Shown in pieces: positions 23,989 through 36,684 of a DNA stretch of 64,000 nt. The DNA is taken from NCBI GenBank assembly GCA_050084515.1, contig CM114271.1, positions 1,612,001-1,676,000 of the forward strand, read 5' to 3'. Source of the DNA: Blasia pusilla (taxonomy: Eukaryota). Every line of letters starts with the position of its first letter. The stretch's first letter is position 1. The translations under genes were made by a program, and so were the position numbers. The notes beneath the pieces were generated by a model. That model was not told the DNA's origin. It worked only from the letters and a program-made list of their open reading frames with translations, and ran no database searches.

Positions 23989-25233
23989 ATGGATAGCGCT
24001 TTGTAGAGCAGGCTACCTTCGGATCTCGTTGCGCTCGTGCTGCTCTTTCTACCCTGCATCAGCCATCTTCGATTCCGTGCGGTCTGCAGAAACTGGTAAT
24101 TCCTGCTTTCTTCCCCGAATTTCCAAGCGCAGAGTACATCTCGTAGATCTGCTCTTCCGCCGCTGGTTTGTATGTATCGTTTTGTTCCTAGAAAATGGCT
24201 GAGAGTTTGGGTAGTTGAAAGCCGAGAGGGCCCGCCTTCAAACTACTCGTTCAAGGCCAACATTCGGGAACCTGACTTGTCATTTCCTGAGTAAATTACC
24301 GGAGATCGTCATCCTCGTCTGTGTCGAATCTGTGCTAACGTATCACCACAAGATGGCGCACTGTGCTCTCAAGTATGGGAAGCATGGGACGTCCCACCAA
24401 ACTACCTAAGTCCTTCTCTTACTGACATTTACCTGAATTGCGATGTCTACATTTTAAAACCGTTCACGTACTCAAGAATGACCCTGCCGCGACAAAAAAC
24501 AATGATACCTCATGAAGCTGCTCGCGCACAGATACTACGTCGAAATCATTTCGGGCTGCTCTCGACAAAAGTAGATCCTCGCAAGAATGTCAAAAGTTTA
24601 TCCAAGCTTGACAACTTCTGTTGGACCTGGAACACCTGGACTTGTTACTTTGGCGGGAATTGGATGTTGAAGGACTTTACGACATCAGCCCCGTCGATCT
24701 GAAAGCAGGGACGTTTCAAACAGTCATCAACCAAGGAGTGATTTATGGAATGCACTCCACTGCTTATGGACGCAACTGCCTTTTTCTTGTCAACCTACGT
24801 CCATTAGCCAGGTCTGTAGAGTAGCCACGACAACTGATCTCCTGCTTTTCTTGGTTGAACATAGCGCATCACATTCCGTGTACCTCATGGGACGGTCCCG
24901 AGATCGACTAGGTGGGATAGCTTACCGGATAGGCAACCTCGAACGAAATATTCTACCTGGTTGTTTGTTACTATTCTATCGGGAGAGTTCGTTGAAACGA
25001 TGAGCAGCTCTTTCCATGGGATTAAAGATCAATCCAAGAAGGAGTTTGCGTTGCGCAGCACCTTTGTCGCGGGTAACTTCATCGTTTTGTCGTTTATCAG
25101 TTCTAAGAGGGGCGGCCAGGCGCGCTTCATCGCATTTAATGCTGTCGTTGCCGAAGAGACCTGGCAATCTTTCTTTGAGAATGAAGATCCCCATGAGCTA
25201 GCAAACTTCGATGGATTTTTGGGGCTCACCTAA
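23989..25233 (+). pseudogene. F-box protein pseudogene (intronless)
   Basis: MDSAL*SRLPSDLVALVLLFLPCISHLRFRAVCRNW*FLLSSPNF is an F-box signature with stops at 24004 and 24097. Downstream fragments lie in shifting frames and end at 25233. Confidence 0.75.
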
Positions 25234-26768
25234 ATGTCCATTTCCTACAAGCTGTGAGAGATGAATTAGACTGGGAACCGTAGATCTGAGAAGTTTTCCC
25301 GACTTTTTCTTCAGAGTTCGCTAGCATTTTCTATTGTTTTCAGTTGCCAGAAATGTACTTAACAAATTATGGGAAGATAGCCAAGAAATATTGTCGGTTT
25401 TAAGCAGGCCTCCGGAAGTCAGCGGAGGCGTGGATTACGTTTCTTGAGAGGGCTGAGAGACATTAACCTTAACTTAAAAGGCCATGCCACTGATGACCTA
25501 CCCTTATGTACCCGCCATAAATAACCACATCTAGAAATGAAACTCCGAAATCCTTTTCCTCCAAACTTCGCAGCACTACATTAGTCAATAAACAAACGTT
25601 TGAGGTAAGTTGCACCTTTTCCAAAGAACCATGAAACTAACGTAGCTGTCAGCTGGGTATAGAATGCGGTACAAGTAGAAATCTTATTCAATCCTCCATC
25701 GCCTCGTCATGGGACGTCAGTTATCTCCCAATGGCCTTCGAATCTGATTCAGTACACTGATGAGAATTCGTCGCTTTACAAATCATTTAGCTAGAATGTA
25801 GCTGCTTGTTCGCAGAACAAAAGAAACTAGAACTTTCTATTGTGCAGACGCCTTTTAACCTGAGGCAGGTATATAATAATATTATAGTTTCCGTATCGTC
25901 CGCTTAGCTCTCTTTCCACCTCTTCGTGGTACCTGGCTCTCTTTTCCACCTCATCAAAATTTGGTCCGATAGCAAGAAATCATGGACTTCATATTACGGG
26001 ATGAATCGGTGCCTTATCTATTCAGGCCAAGGGCAGCATCAGGCATCATCTCTTTTCGTAGCCGTAGAGGTGATTGTGTCGATACCAAACACAAATTCGC
26101 GCTCGCTCTCGGAAGCCGCCAGATCGATTTTCAGGACATACTTCCTGACCAGAAATAGGATCCCAATTGTCCGACAAGGAAGAAGACTCATGGTGCATAA
26201 ATAGTCTCTCCTATCATAGACTCGTAGTTTGTTCAGGACTTCCACTGCAACCTCACAAAAGAGAACGGTTAGCTTTTATTGCTGGAAGAGCTGAGAGAGA
26301 CTGAGTTGCTTTCACGCCATTCCATACGTAGCAGCGTATTTCCAGAATGGCGGGAATCGGAACGGTCCCCAGCCTTGCCCTCAGATTACACGAGGACTGA
26401 AAATCCTCCGGTAGACCCAAAACAAGGAGGATTTCCGGAGTAGTCAACCATGGTGAGATGTACCTCCTCTCTATTTGCATGAGAAATCGTATCCTACTTT
26501 CATTTCGAAGGTTAGCAATTCGGGGATTAGGAGGTGAAACTACGCTTCTAGGCCGCAGTACACCGATTAGTGAGAGTACACGTGATTACCTATTTGTGAG
26601 AGAAGACGTAATTATGTTGGCGCCGAGATTCAATACAAGGACTTCCGTGCATATGTTTTGAATAGTTTCAAGGTGTTGCTTACGATTAAGGAATGCTAAT
26701 CACCCGGGCAGGAGTCTGAAATTTGATCTCTTTCTGCTTTGCTTGATTCTTTCACCGATGTGGAGAGA

Positions 26769-28320
26769 GGGCTGTGCCTGCCAAAGTTACAGTGCAATAC
26801 CTTAGCGACACTGGCGGATCCTGTGCAGCAAGCTGCATATCTGGGCCCGCACCCTGAAAGAAATTAGATTAAAATCATGAGGGTCAATAACCCTCGTATT
26901 AGATACAGCACTGACAAGAACAGATACTACACTTGAACAAACCTAGAGCCCGAGAATGAGCGCGTATATGTACCTTCCACGTCTTCGTGAACTCATTTAG
27001 ACCTTATGGGTTTATTTCGGACCAGCGAAACTTGCGGACTGCTTCGATCATAAAACGATAGTTGGTTAGTAGTAACAGAGTAGTCTCCCTCACGATAGAC
27101 CAAGAATTTCTGCAACCAGGACCCTGTGAATAATTTGATGGATCTGGAACAAATATTCTGGTTGGGTTGCTTTGAACTTGTGATGACTTTACCGCGTCTT
27201 CTATCCAGGGAGGGAATAAGCAATGCCTGTAGCCGAAGTAGTTGTGGCCTTTTGGAGTGGTTATTCTACCGTCTGGGGAGAGTAGAGGTTCTATTTTGAT
27301 TGATTGTCGTTCCCACTAATTATGGGAGAGTGGGCTGCGCCAGCCTAGAATGTAGTGCTGTACCTGGCCGATACTGGCGGATCCTGTGCAGCAAGCTGCA
27401 TGATTGGGTTCGTGCCCGGCAAGAAATTAGACCAATATCGTGACAGGCGATAGCCTCTCGAATATCTGATAATTTCGGATACCACACTTGATCTTAGCCA
27501 AAGGCCAAGAAAAGTATGCGTTGGCAGCGACGTGCGCTTATAGAGTGCGTATCTGTAGCTTCCTCATCTTCGTCAATTCACGTAGAGCTTATGAGTTTAT
27601 TTTGGACGAGCGAAACTTGTGGATTGCTTCTATCGACCGTAGAGATATGCTCGTTACCAATAATACAGTAGAACCGAGAATCAACTTAACTCTAATTATT
27701 TTGATAGATCTTTAACATGTATTCTGGCTGGATTAGTCAACTTGACATGTATTCTGGCTGCTTTGGTTATCTTGTATAACTTCAATTCACTCTCCCTAGT
27801 AGTGTGTACGCGACCTGCCAACATGCCAAGTACGATGGCAAGAATTTGTTTGGGTTAGAAAATTTCCTGACAGTCCATGATATCCACTATGATTTATATT
27901 GGTTCTCCCTTTAGGGGAAAGAAGGCTGCGCCTGCCGGGGATGTAGTGCAATACCACGGCGACACTGGCGGGACCTATGCAGCAAGCTGCATGTGCGGAC
28001 CCGCACCTTGAAACAAATTAGATTAATATCGTGAGGGTCGATGACCCTCGTATCAGATATTAAACTGATAAGAACAGATACTACACTTGATCTTAGCCAA
28101 AAGGCCGAGAAAGGTATACTTCTCTGGCGAATGAGCGCGTATTTCTACCTTGGACGTCTTCAAAGATTCATCTAGAGCTTATGGGTTTATTTTGGACCAG
28201 CGAAACCTATGCTTCTATCATAACGCGACCGCAGGGAGATAGGTGGGAAGCAGTAATAGAATACTCTCGAGAGACAAAGAATTAATGCAACCGGGACTCT
28301 CTAAATATTTGGATCGATCC
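26769..28320. repeat. Diverged triplicated ~560-590 bp unit
   Basis: GGCTG(T/C)GCC...ACTGGCGG(A/G)..CT.TGCAGCAAGCTGCAT begins at ~26769, ~27332 and ~27924. Shared downstream blocks include ACACTTGA and AGCGAAAC. Confidence 0.8.
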
Positions 28321-30731
28321 TGTAAGTGGCTTTCAGACATGCTGGGATTTCAATGGAGGTTAGGGGAGAACCATACGTGTCAATCAATAAGAGGCCAGAC
28401 AAGACAGATGTCGCCAGGATGATGGCACTCTCCCATAATTTATTTATATTTATTTGCTGGGCTTTGGGCTTGAGATGACTTTCAAGTCATCGGAAATCAG
28501 AACAGCTTTCTGTTCTGAAATCCGAGTCACTCGAGTGCTACTCGAGTGCACTTGACTCGAGTAGCACTCGAGTCAAGTGCAGATTATTGCTCTGCTGTGG
28601 CCGAATCGTATGCATGGAATGTCGATATGTCTATCTCGCTCAGGGATCGGCGAAGCTCCGTGCAGCCGCTGTAAGTATACCTCGAGTAAAATTTCCCAGT
28701 CAAAGAAATGGAATCTTCTCAAAATCGATCCAAGAACGCATGTAAAGAGCTTCGGCGTCTGACGCACTTTCTGTGGCACATGACCCAAACTTCAACGCCC
28801 GACTGAACAGCAAAGAGCTGTCTGAGTGAATTAAGAAGCAAGTGGATTTTGTGATGCCACGTCATCATTTATCTAACGTTTGCAGAAGCTTCTTATTTGA
28901 AGAGGCAGGCCAAATCTTCCCGAGAACAGTATCCAGGGTAACCCACGCTTCGGGAGGAGCTGAAATGAGTCTCATTGATAGATCTGATTAGATGTGTGGT
29001 TTATGGCCTCTACAAATAAGTCGGCTGAAGTTCGAGTAGGAAAAACGTTTCCGGAATCCTGCTTTGGGGACAGTCCCGATCGTAACATTTCCTTAATGCA
29101 GAAAGTTCATGTATGACGGGAAGTGCTAAAATGTGTACCCACTTCCTTTGTCATGCCATACCTCGACATTCGACAGCAAAGAACTCGATCAGAAGTCCCG
29201 GAAAAAGTTGAGTGAAAATTGAACGGGAAGCTACGCAATTTGAATGGCTTAGTAGGATATCTAACGCAATTCCTATTATTTGCCCGGGCTTGTCGGCAAG
29301 ATTAAGCGACTGCATCATTTGAATTGGCCACATATTTAACGGAACTAACTGGCCAATATTGTAGGCATGAGGAATTTGGATGAAATCTATCTGTTTTATA
29401 ATTTCGATGTCTAACCTGTTACACAGAATACTGTACCTTTTCCAACAACGCCGCTGGAAAGATGATCATATCCACGAGCCCGTTAGTATTATTCACGTTG
29501 AATAATATCGATGACGCAACCGCGTTGAACCAAGCTTTTCGGCCCTCTGAGTAATTCCTTGATGAATTTAACATGCTGACCGTCTATAGAATGTTTTTTC
29601 CAACCCGGAGTACACTGTATTCAATTCCCTGCACGCCATGACACGAGCGTTGGAGTTTTTGTCCAGCAACGGTTTGCTGCATATTGTAAGCTCGGAGGCT
29701 AAAGTCGGCTCTGAGCTAAGTTTGTGCCCGCATTGTTCCTCGGTTCAATCGAGGCCATGATACGGCTATTACAAGAGTAAAAAAGGAGAGAATTCTGAAG
29801 AGATTAGGGGAACATGCTCACACTTACGCCAACTTGGCGTAAGATTCAGTCGTTATGATTTCCCTCTCTGCATTCCATCTCCAGCCACCAGCTCTGTGGT
29901 TTATTTCAGCGGCAAGCGAACTTTTACTACATTGAACATATGAATACTTTGTACGTTCATCAACGCTAACATTAGGTCTTAAGTTATGTTTGTTGTTAAC
30001 TGACATTCGGATGAGGCATTCTGAACGGACGTTCAGATCGTAGCAGCGTTTATATTTCAGCAAGCTCGTAGTACTAGCTCGCCAAATGAACATGTCATGC
30101 TCCTTGGCTATCCCCGGGTACCTTACTCCATTTGCTCAGTTTCTCCGGTGCTCTTGATGAGAACAAGAACTTTACCTCTTGCCCAAGTACTAAGCAAGTA
30201 CTAATGTTTCTCCGTGAGCCCCATCAAGCAAATACCTCTCAAGGAACTGACCAACAACTTGCAGGTACGGATAGATGGTGAAGAGAGGTCCACGTACACC
30301 CAAGTGAGGTAATACTGCTATGTCATTATCTACAAATCCAAACGCAAATATGTAAATGCACTCTCTAGAATTCCAAATGAATAATGCATTCGGATTTCGA
30401 TCATAGCTCACGAGTTGACATCTATTGGAATTGGAGCTTCGTACTGCAACAGAAGAAGCTTTCATACGCATTGGATATGACCGCCTAACGAATTTACCTC
30501 GTCTCAACACTTGAACTCGACAGATAGGCGGACCATATCCACGTTCGCCAATTTGAATTAGCAGTGAGGATTCATGACCTCCCTGTATAATTAACGCTCG
30601 TACGCCGTGAATTTCAGGCCACTGGGATGCACGTTTAATCCCGAAGCTGCAGCAATCTTGCAAGCACCGTGGAGCATGTTGGAGCAGCAGATCCAGGTCC
30701 TCTTGATTCCTCTCTCGGAGAGACTTAGGGC

Positions 30732-33700
30732 ATGGCTTTCTTCAAGCTTCCAACGTTCCGAGCACTTTTTCGGACATCGCGAATAACTACGAGCACATTT
30801 GGACGAATTGGGCTACAGGACGTGACAGCGAGGCTAGAGGTCGCAGCCAGTCCGCGTGTGGCTAACTCTGTCATGGTAAAGTGTGGGAACTACCGGTCCA
30901 CTTCCGTTGGTGCTCCCATTCCACTCCCTTTCTCTGCCCAGACATCAGATATTCGTTGCAGACCATCACGTTCGACATTATCAAGTGCAAGAAAGTGGAC
31001 ATCACTAACATCTGCAAGGATGTCTTTTGACGAGAATAGAAGCGCTGCCGGTATAGATCACTGGCCGAAGTCAGTAGTTTCGCTGCTGTCAAGGGTTGTC
31101 TTGTATCTCTAAGTGGAAGTCACTCCGTGCTAGGTCAGGCAATTTGCAAATGGAGGAACTAGTTCTGGAATTGAAGTCCTCCAAACCTCATGTGGCGATG
31201 AACAATCTTTTAGGAGAAATGATTGTCGATGCAAACTTTGAATTCAGCGCGGATGGAATACACAGGTAATGGGCCAGTGCCGTTCCTGAAGGATGCAGCG
31301 CAATTCATCGCAGACGTGGAGACATTCATCTTCGACTGCGATGGTTAGTTGAAATGTCCGTAGAGTTTACTCTCGCACTAATTCCTTGATTCTCTGTTCA
31401 TAATTCAATTTATCATCAGATTGAAGGATCGACACCAGGCTGTATTTTCTGGCAGCGGAAATGTTTTCTAGTGAAATTGTAGGACCAGCGCTGGTCAGGA
31501 TAGTACCGGATGACGGTTTCTTAAATCTCTATTGTTTTGAGGCTGAGGTCAAAGATGTATGATTATTTCCAGGGTCTATTCTCAGTTTGAGCGAATATTT
31601 CTTGTAGAACTAGTACAAACTTATCCAAACGAATGCTCGCCATTTCCATCTCCTCAAACTTAAATGGCCCCTTTATCCTGTTCTGTACCCGTACTCTGTG
31701 GTCGAAATGCCATAGCGACGACTAATTTAGACTACATTGTGTAGGTTCCCGAGCGAGTCCTGAGAAAGTTTCATCAAGGTTAGTATTTTAATGGTCGCAC
31801 CTAACACAGTTTTGTAGTGGGATGTTTATCATCCTGATCACATTCGAGAATAGTAAAGTTATCCCTTGATGAAGGCTGACCATATGAAATATCCACTGTC
31901 TTCTGTAGTCTCGCGTCGATGTCCAAACTACCGCAACCAATCCCCAATTCCTCTTGCTATGTAGGATATTTCAGCTTTAAGCCTGATTGCGATTCTTTCG
32001 AATTTCGTGCACGAGCAATTTTGATGTCACCAACTGCAAATGGGTCTTCACTCCAGAGGAACACGCAGACATCATGATGGTTTGAGTGTTGCCAAGCCTC
32101 TCGGCCAACTTGCTGTCGGCTTTGACAGTTTACACTTGGCCGTGACATCGTTAGCGTATCTTTGTCAATCTTGTAGGTTACCATTCAGGGTCTAGTCGAT
32201 TCTCGGACTGGCAAAGATTCCAGCTAAATACCTGGGGAGCAGACGAAGTTTCGTTTCGTCTACTCCCTGTTGCAGGTCTGTATTTTGCACTGCAACAGGG
32301 AGTAGACGAAACGAAACTTGAAGTCCACAGCAAGAAGTTCAACACGGGCAAATGAGAGCAAGTCGGACAAACGGATAGATGGTGCTCACTGCACGAAAAC
32401 AAAGCTTCGTGTTTTGTGGCCAGACAAAGCTGCTATGTTAATTAACCGTATATTCTGGCATTGTCACTCTGATCTATTTACTGACTGGGTGAAGAGATAT
32501 TCCAAGATGGAACCTGAATACTTTTTTGTCCGTTAGGTCTGAGTTCAGGATATGACCATAAGGCTTTGACCTCTTTGTTACAGGTGTGATTTGGAGTGCC
32601 TATGGGTTGTTCGAGGGTGTTTCCGAGACTATTGATCTACTTCGTTCATTGGTAATTTTCTGGTCTGAGTTTGATGAAGGCTCTATTGCTAGTACATATC
32701 TCTACTCCACGTCTCAAGTAAAGGGACACTGTTCAGTTTGGCTCGAGCTTACATCCCCAGGCTAATGAGCAAAGTACAATACTTCATAAGCGTTTCATGA
32801 CTGCCTGTTGTTACTTGAATATGAAATCAATCATACTTTGTCATGTGGAATCAGGGCAAACGGGTATACTTCCTCACGAATAACTCAACAAAATCTAGGA
32901 AGGAGTACGGCAAGAAGTGCAAGGCTTTGGGATTAAATGTCAGCGAGGTATTTGAGCTGTTGATTCTTAGAAGTAAACGAATCGTTTGAGACTTTAAATT
33001 CTACCTAGTTTTTGCCGATGTCCAAGCAGAGCTGCATCGTCAGCACTTGTGCTCACGGACAAGAAGAGGCGTCTCCTTCTGCCTTGGGTTTTTAATAATT
33101 TTCACGGGTTATTTAGATGTCCAAAGAAAGGTTGTAATGCAATAAGAACTCGTCAACAAAATATTATACATTCACCCTCAAAATGTTTGAAGCCATAAGT
33201 AAAAGCACTCTTTGAACTCATTTGCGTACAAGATCTCCTAGGAGTATTTGCAATTCTTGTGCAAGCCCCATTTCTCATTCAGCCCTCACTATTTGACCAC
33301 AGAAATCCAGAGTATTATGCAGAGAGGTGGTCTGTAATTGTGAGGCATCGAGAAGCAGGGTCGTCGTTGTGTGAAGTCTACGTCTTCTGGTTAAGTATCG
33401 ATGGTATTCTACAGCTAAGAGTGATGAGATAGCTACAACTTCCTGCAGGAGGAAGTCTTTTCTTCAGGATTTGCCGCAGCAAGCTACTTGAAGTCTATTG
33501 ACTTCCCTGGAGATAAGAAGGTAATTACCCAGCACACGAACAAAAGTTAACATGAAATGATTGAAGAAATCGGCTGCGGGTAGGTCTGCACAACTGGCAA
33601 ATGTTGAAGATGACAAGTGAACGCGAACTGCAGGTAGCTAGGTTTTGCAGTACAAGTGGCTCATTTACAACTTTGGGGACGGTAGGTGGGCGTTCGGACT

Positions 33701-36684
33701 TTACTATTGAGCCTTATTATCTCTTTCTGACTAGAACAGCTGCTTTTACAGGTGTACTTAATAGGTGAAACTGGTATTCAAAAGGAATTTGAAGAAGCGG
33801 GGATCCCATACATCGGTGGTTCTGTGCGCATCTTCCCTCCAATCTTGTTCATTTGCAATTGATTTCCAATACTTAAGTGCAGCGCCACCACGATTTGAGG
33901 GTTGTGCAAGCATCTTCTTAGACAGTGATTTGAATGCCCACATTTTTCTCTCGAATACAGTTCTGATATAGACACAAGCTGGGTAGCACCAGGCCAAGCC
34001 ATCTCTGTAGTACCCAGGCAATTTATCATGTGATAACACGAGTGCAACCACCGAAATCTGTATAGTTATGGGAATGTAGTACTGCACATTTGGCTAACCG
34101 TCAAATGGCTGTTCAACTTGCCCTGGACTAATCCTCTGCAGTCCATACTGTCCTGTGATGACAGGACCATGATGACAAGGAATTAAATTGGAATGCAGGC
34201 CAAGTCATTGAGCATGATAACAAAGTAATCGGCCCTCTTCGTTGCTCTAAAGCTCGGTTCTCTCTGTAATGTCATCTTTTGTGCTTGGTATACTAGTAAG
34301 CCTCCGGATATACTGCTAAGTACGATCTTATTATTCAGGATCAAATGTGATAGAAACCTGAGAATATATGGTTACTTTCTCTACCCACGACATGCAAGCA
34401 CTAGCATTCTTTTTTAAAGTTCAGGATTCTGTTCTCTAAATTTTTGCTTCGGCTACTCAAAGGTTGGTGCCGTCGTGGTTGCATTCGACCGACACATAAA
34501 CTACTACAAGATTCAGTGAGTACTTACTATCTGTGCTGGTCACTAACACTTCTTGTTTAATTACCCTCAAATTCTGAGAGTGGTTTTCTGTATCCCGCCA
34601 GTACCGAAACCACAGTCCTTATTCCTTCACTAGTCCAATGCACAATGCTTAACTTCGTCTTCAACTATTTTGAAAGACGGTGTCACCTGACTGCAGTGTC
34701 CCTTTATGTGAGGCAGATATGCCACACTCTGTGTACGCAAAAATCCCGGCTGTCTGTTCATAGCTGCCAACTGCGATGTGGTTATTTGTCCCACTGGTGG
34801 CCAAGGATATGCGGGTGAAGCTTCCATGGTAGGTGCTCTCATGGGATCGACTCAGAAGGAGCCAATTGTTGTTGGGAAGCCTTCAACTTTCATGATGGAC
34901 TACCTAGTAAACAAGTAGGTGTACGACTTACTCATGTCCACTTCTATGAACTTGATACGAAACTAGAAAATGCTAGGAACCTTATTTGAACCTGTTGATT
35001 CACAGTTGTCTGGATGTCTTAGGTTGCTAAGAGATGTCGATTTCCTGGGAAGGTTTGGATTATCTGTGCATGTTGTGAAATATGCACAGATCATAACACC
35101 TTTCCACCATGAAGATTTCGGACCACATTTTTTTTTATCGAAGTGGGTATGAATAGCAGGTTCAAGATCAAGAAGGGACAGATCTGCATGGTGGGAGACA
35201 ACTTAGAAACCGATATTCTCTTCGGCAAGAATGGTGGATGCAAAACTCTTCTTGTGCTTACTGGTAAGTTCCAATTCATATGAACAACGGCCAAATTGGC
35301 AGCACAAGAATTTCACCCAAGTTTTCACGACTAAACTGGAAACGAAAAGTCCTTCAGAGCATTCTGACTTGACTGCGCGAGAGTTTGGATGAGCACAAGA
35401 AAAGAAGCCAAGCGGCAGTGGCGACTCTAGACTATTTCTTGACCGCTGATGAGTGAAGCAGCTTTAACTCTAGTTTCAGAACCTGCGTTCAAATATTGGA
35501 TAATCATGTACGGTCATCCAAAGGCTCAAATCGTCGGCTGAGTGAATAAGCTAACCCACCTTCTCAACTGTAAGGCAAGTTTCATGCACAAGAAATAGAT
35601 TGAACCCTTACGCAAATTTGACCGGCATAAAAGAATCACCTAGTTTATGACCTAGAGGGGCGTGGAACAATTCAGCATGGACCCTATGTCGAATCCTACA
35701 GGTTTGAAATGGGCGTGCTAGGAAAAGGTTTAGGAGACAATCAGGAGAAAGGGTGGACCCCGATTTTGATCCTCTCATGACGGGACTCGTGTCAACGACT
35801 TCACCCGGCATTCTCAACCTTACATGCACTTGTAAGCGAGATGGTAGACGTGAAGGTCGTACACAATAGGATCGAGTAGATTCAATGCCATACAAATGAG
35901 ACCGGAAGTAAATGGATGTCGGTGCGTCCAGATGAGAGTCTCGTCCACTAGATGGGGAGAGACTGTTTGAATTCTGAATAGGGTACAGGGATTTTCTGGC
36001 TTTGATCCTTAAGACGGAATTAGTGCACATGAATGCAGATGAAAGGATACAGGAAAGAAGGGAATGATGCGTGGAGTGTGGTTGCTCACGAAGCCAGTAT
36101 ATGTGCGGAGCTTGCCTGGTTTCAAACAGGACGCTCTCACATAACTGTTGAGCTCGCAGGGTGTATTCATGATCTCTCGGTGACCTCTAACACCGTAAGG
36201 GAGATCGATGAGGATGAGATGGGTCATAAGTAGGCCTACGCGTCAAAACAGCATCTATAGAGAGTTGGCATGGAGGACAAGCGAAGGCCACTACGTTTCA
36301 GTTCCGACTTGGACCGTTGAAACCATTCTAAGTCAGGTGTCTCCCAGGTCTGAACACAGTGGAAAGTTTATCCTAATTTCTGAGTAATAGTGCCCTTGGC
36401 GCACTGCTACTGTTGTTACACGATGTGGGTCGTTACAATTTTTTAAGAGTTGTACTATCAACATCTGGAAGGTCAAAGTGGACAGGAAACTGCACTTCAT
36501 ACCACAAGTCGGTTTCCGAATCTGACGTTTTCGTGTGGACGTTTTTCTACTGCTTCTGACAGGAGTGACTGACTTGGACTCTCTCCAAAGTTCAGAGAAC
36601 AGCATCCATCCCGATTTCTACACGCACCAGCTCTCTGATCTTTTGGCTGTGAGGGAAGTACCAACCGATGGTGTCCGGGTGTAA
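30732..36684 (+). CDS. PGLP1: Phosphoglycolate phosphatase-like HAD hydrolase, paralogue 2; 11 exons, ~412 aa with long N-terminal transit-peptide-like region
   Basis: Exons 30732-31050, 31266-31343, 32584-32651, 32855-32947, 33449-33520, 33752-33823, 34165-34224, 34463-34515, 34717-34914, 35160-35263, 36563-36684. All GT-AG, sum 1239 nt. Exons 3-10 are the same size as in paralogue 1. Motifs [24 protein letters not shown]. Symbol denotes family, not orthology. Confidence 0.92.

Noticed and set aside
30190-30663. 157-aa minus-strand ORF
   Set aside because: Non-ATG start, no recognisable motif, and it lies in the promoter region of PGLP paralogue 2. Probably spurious.
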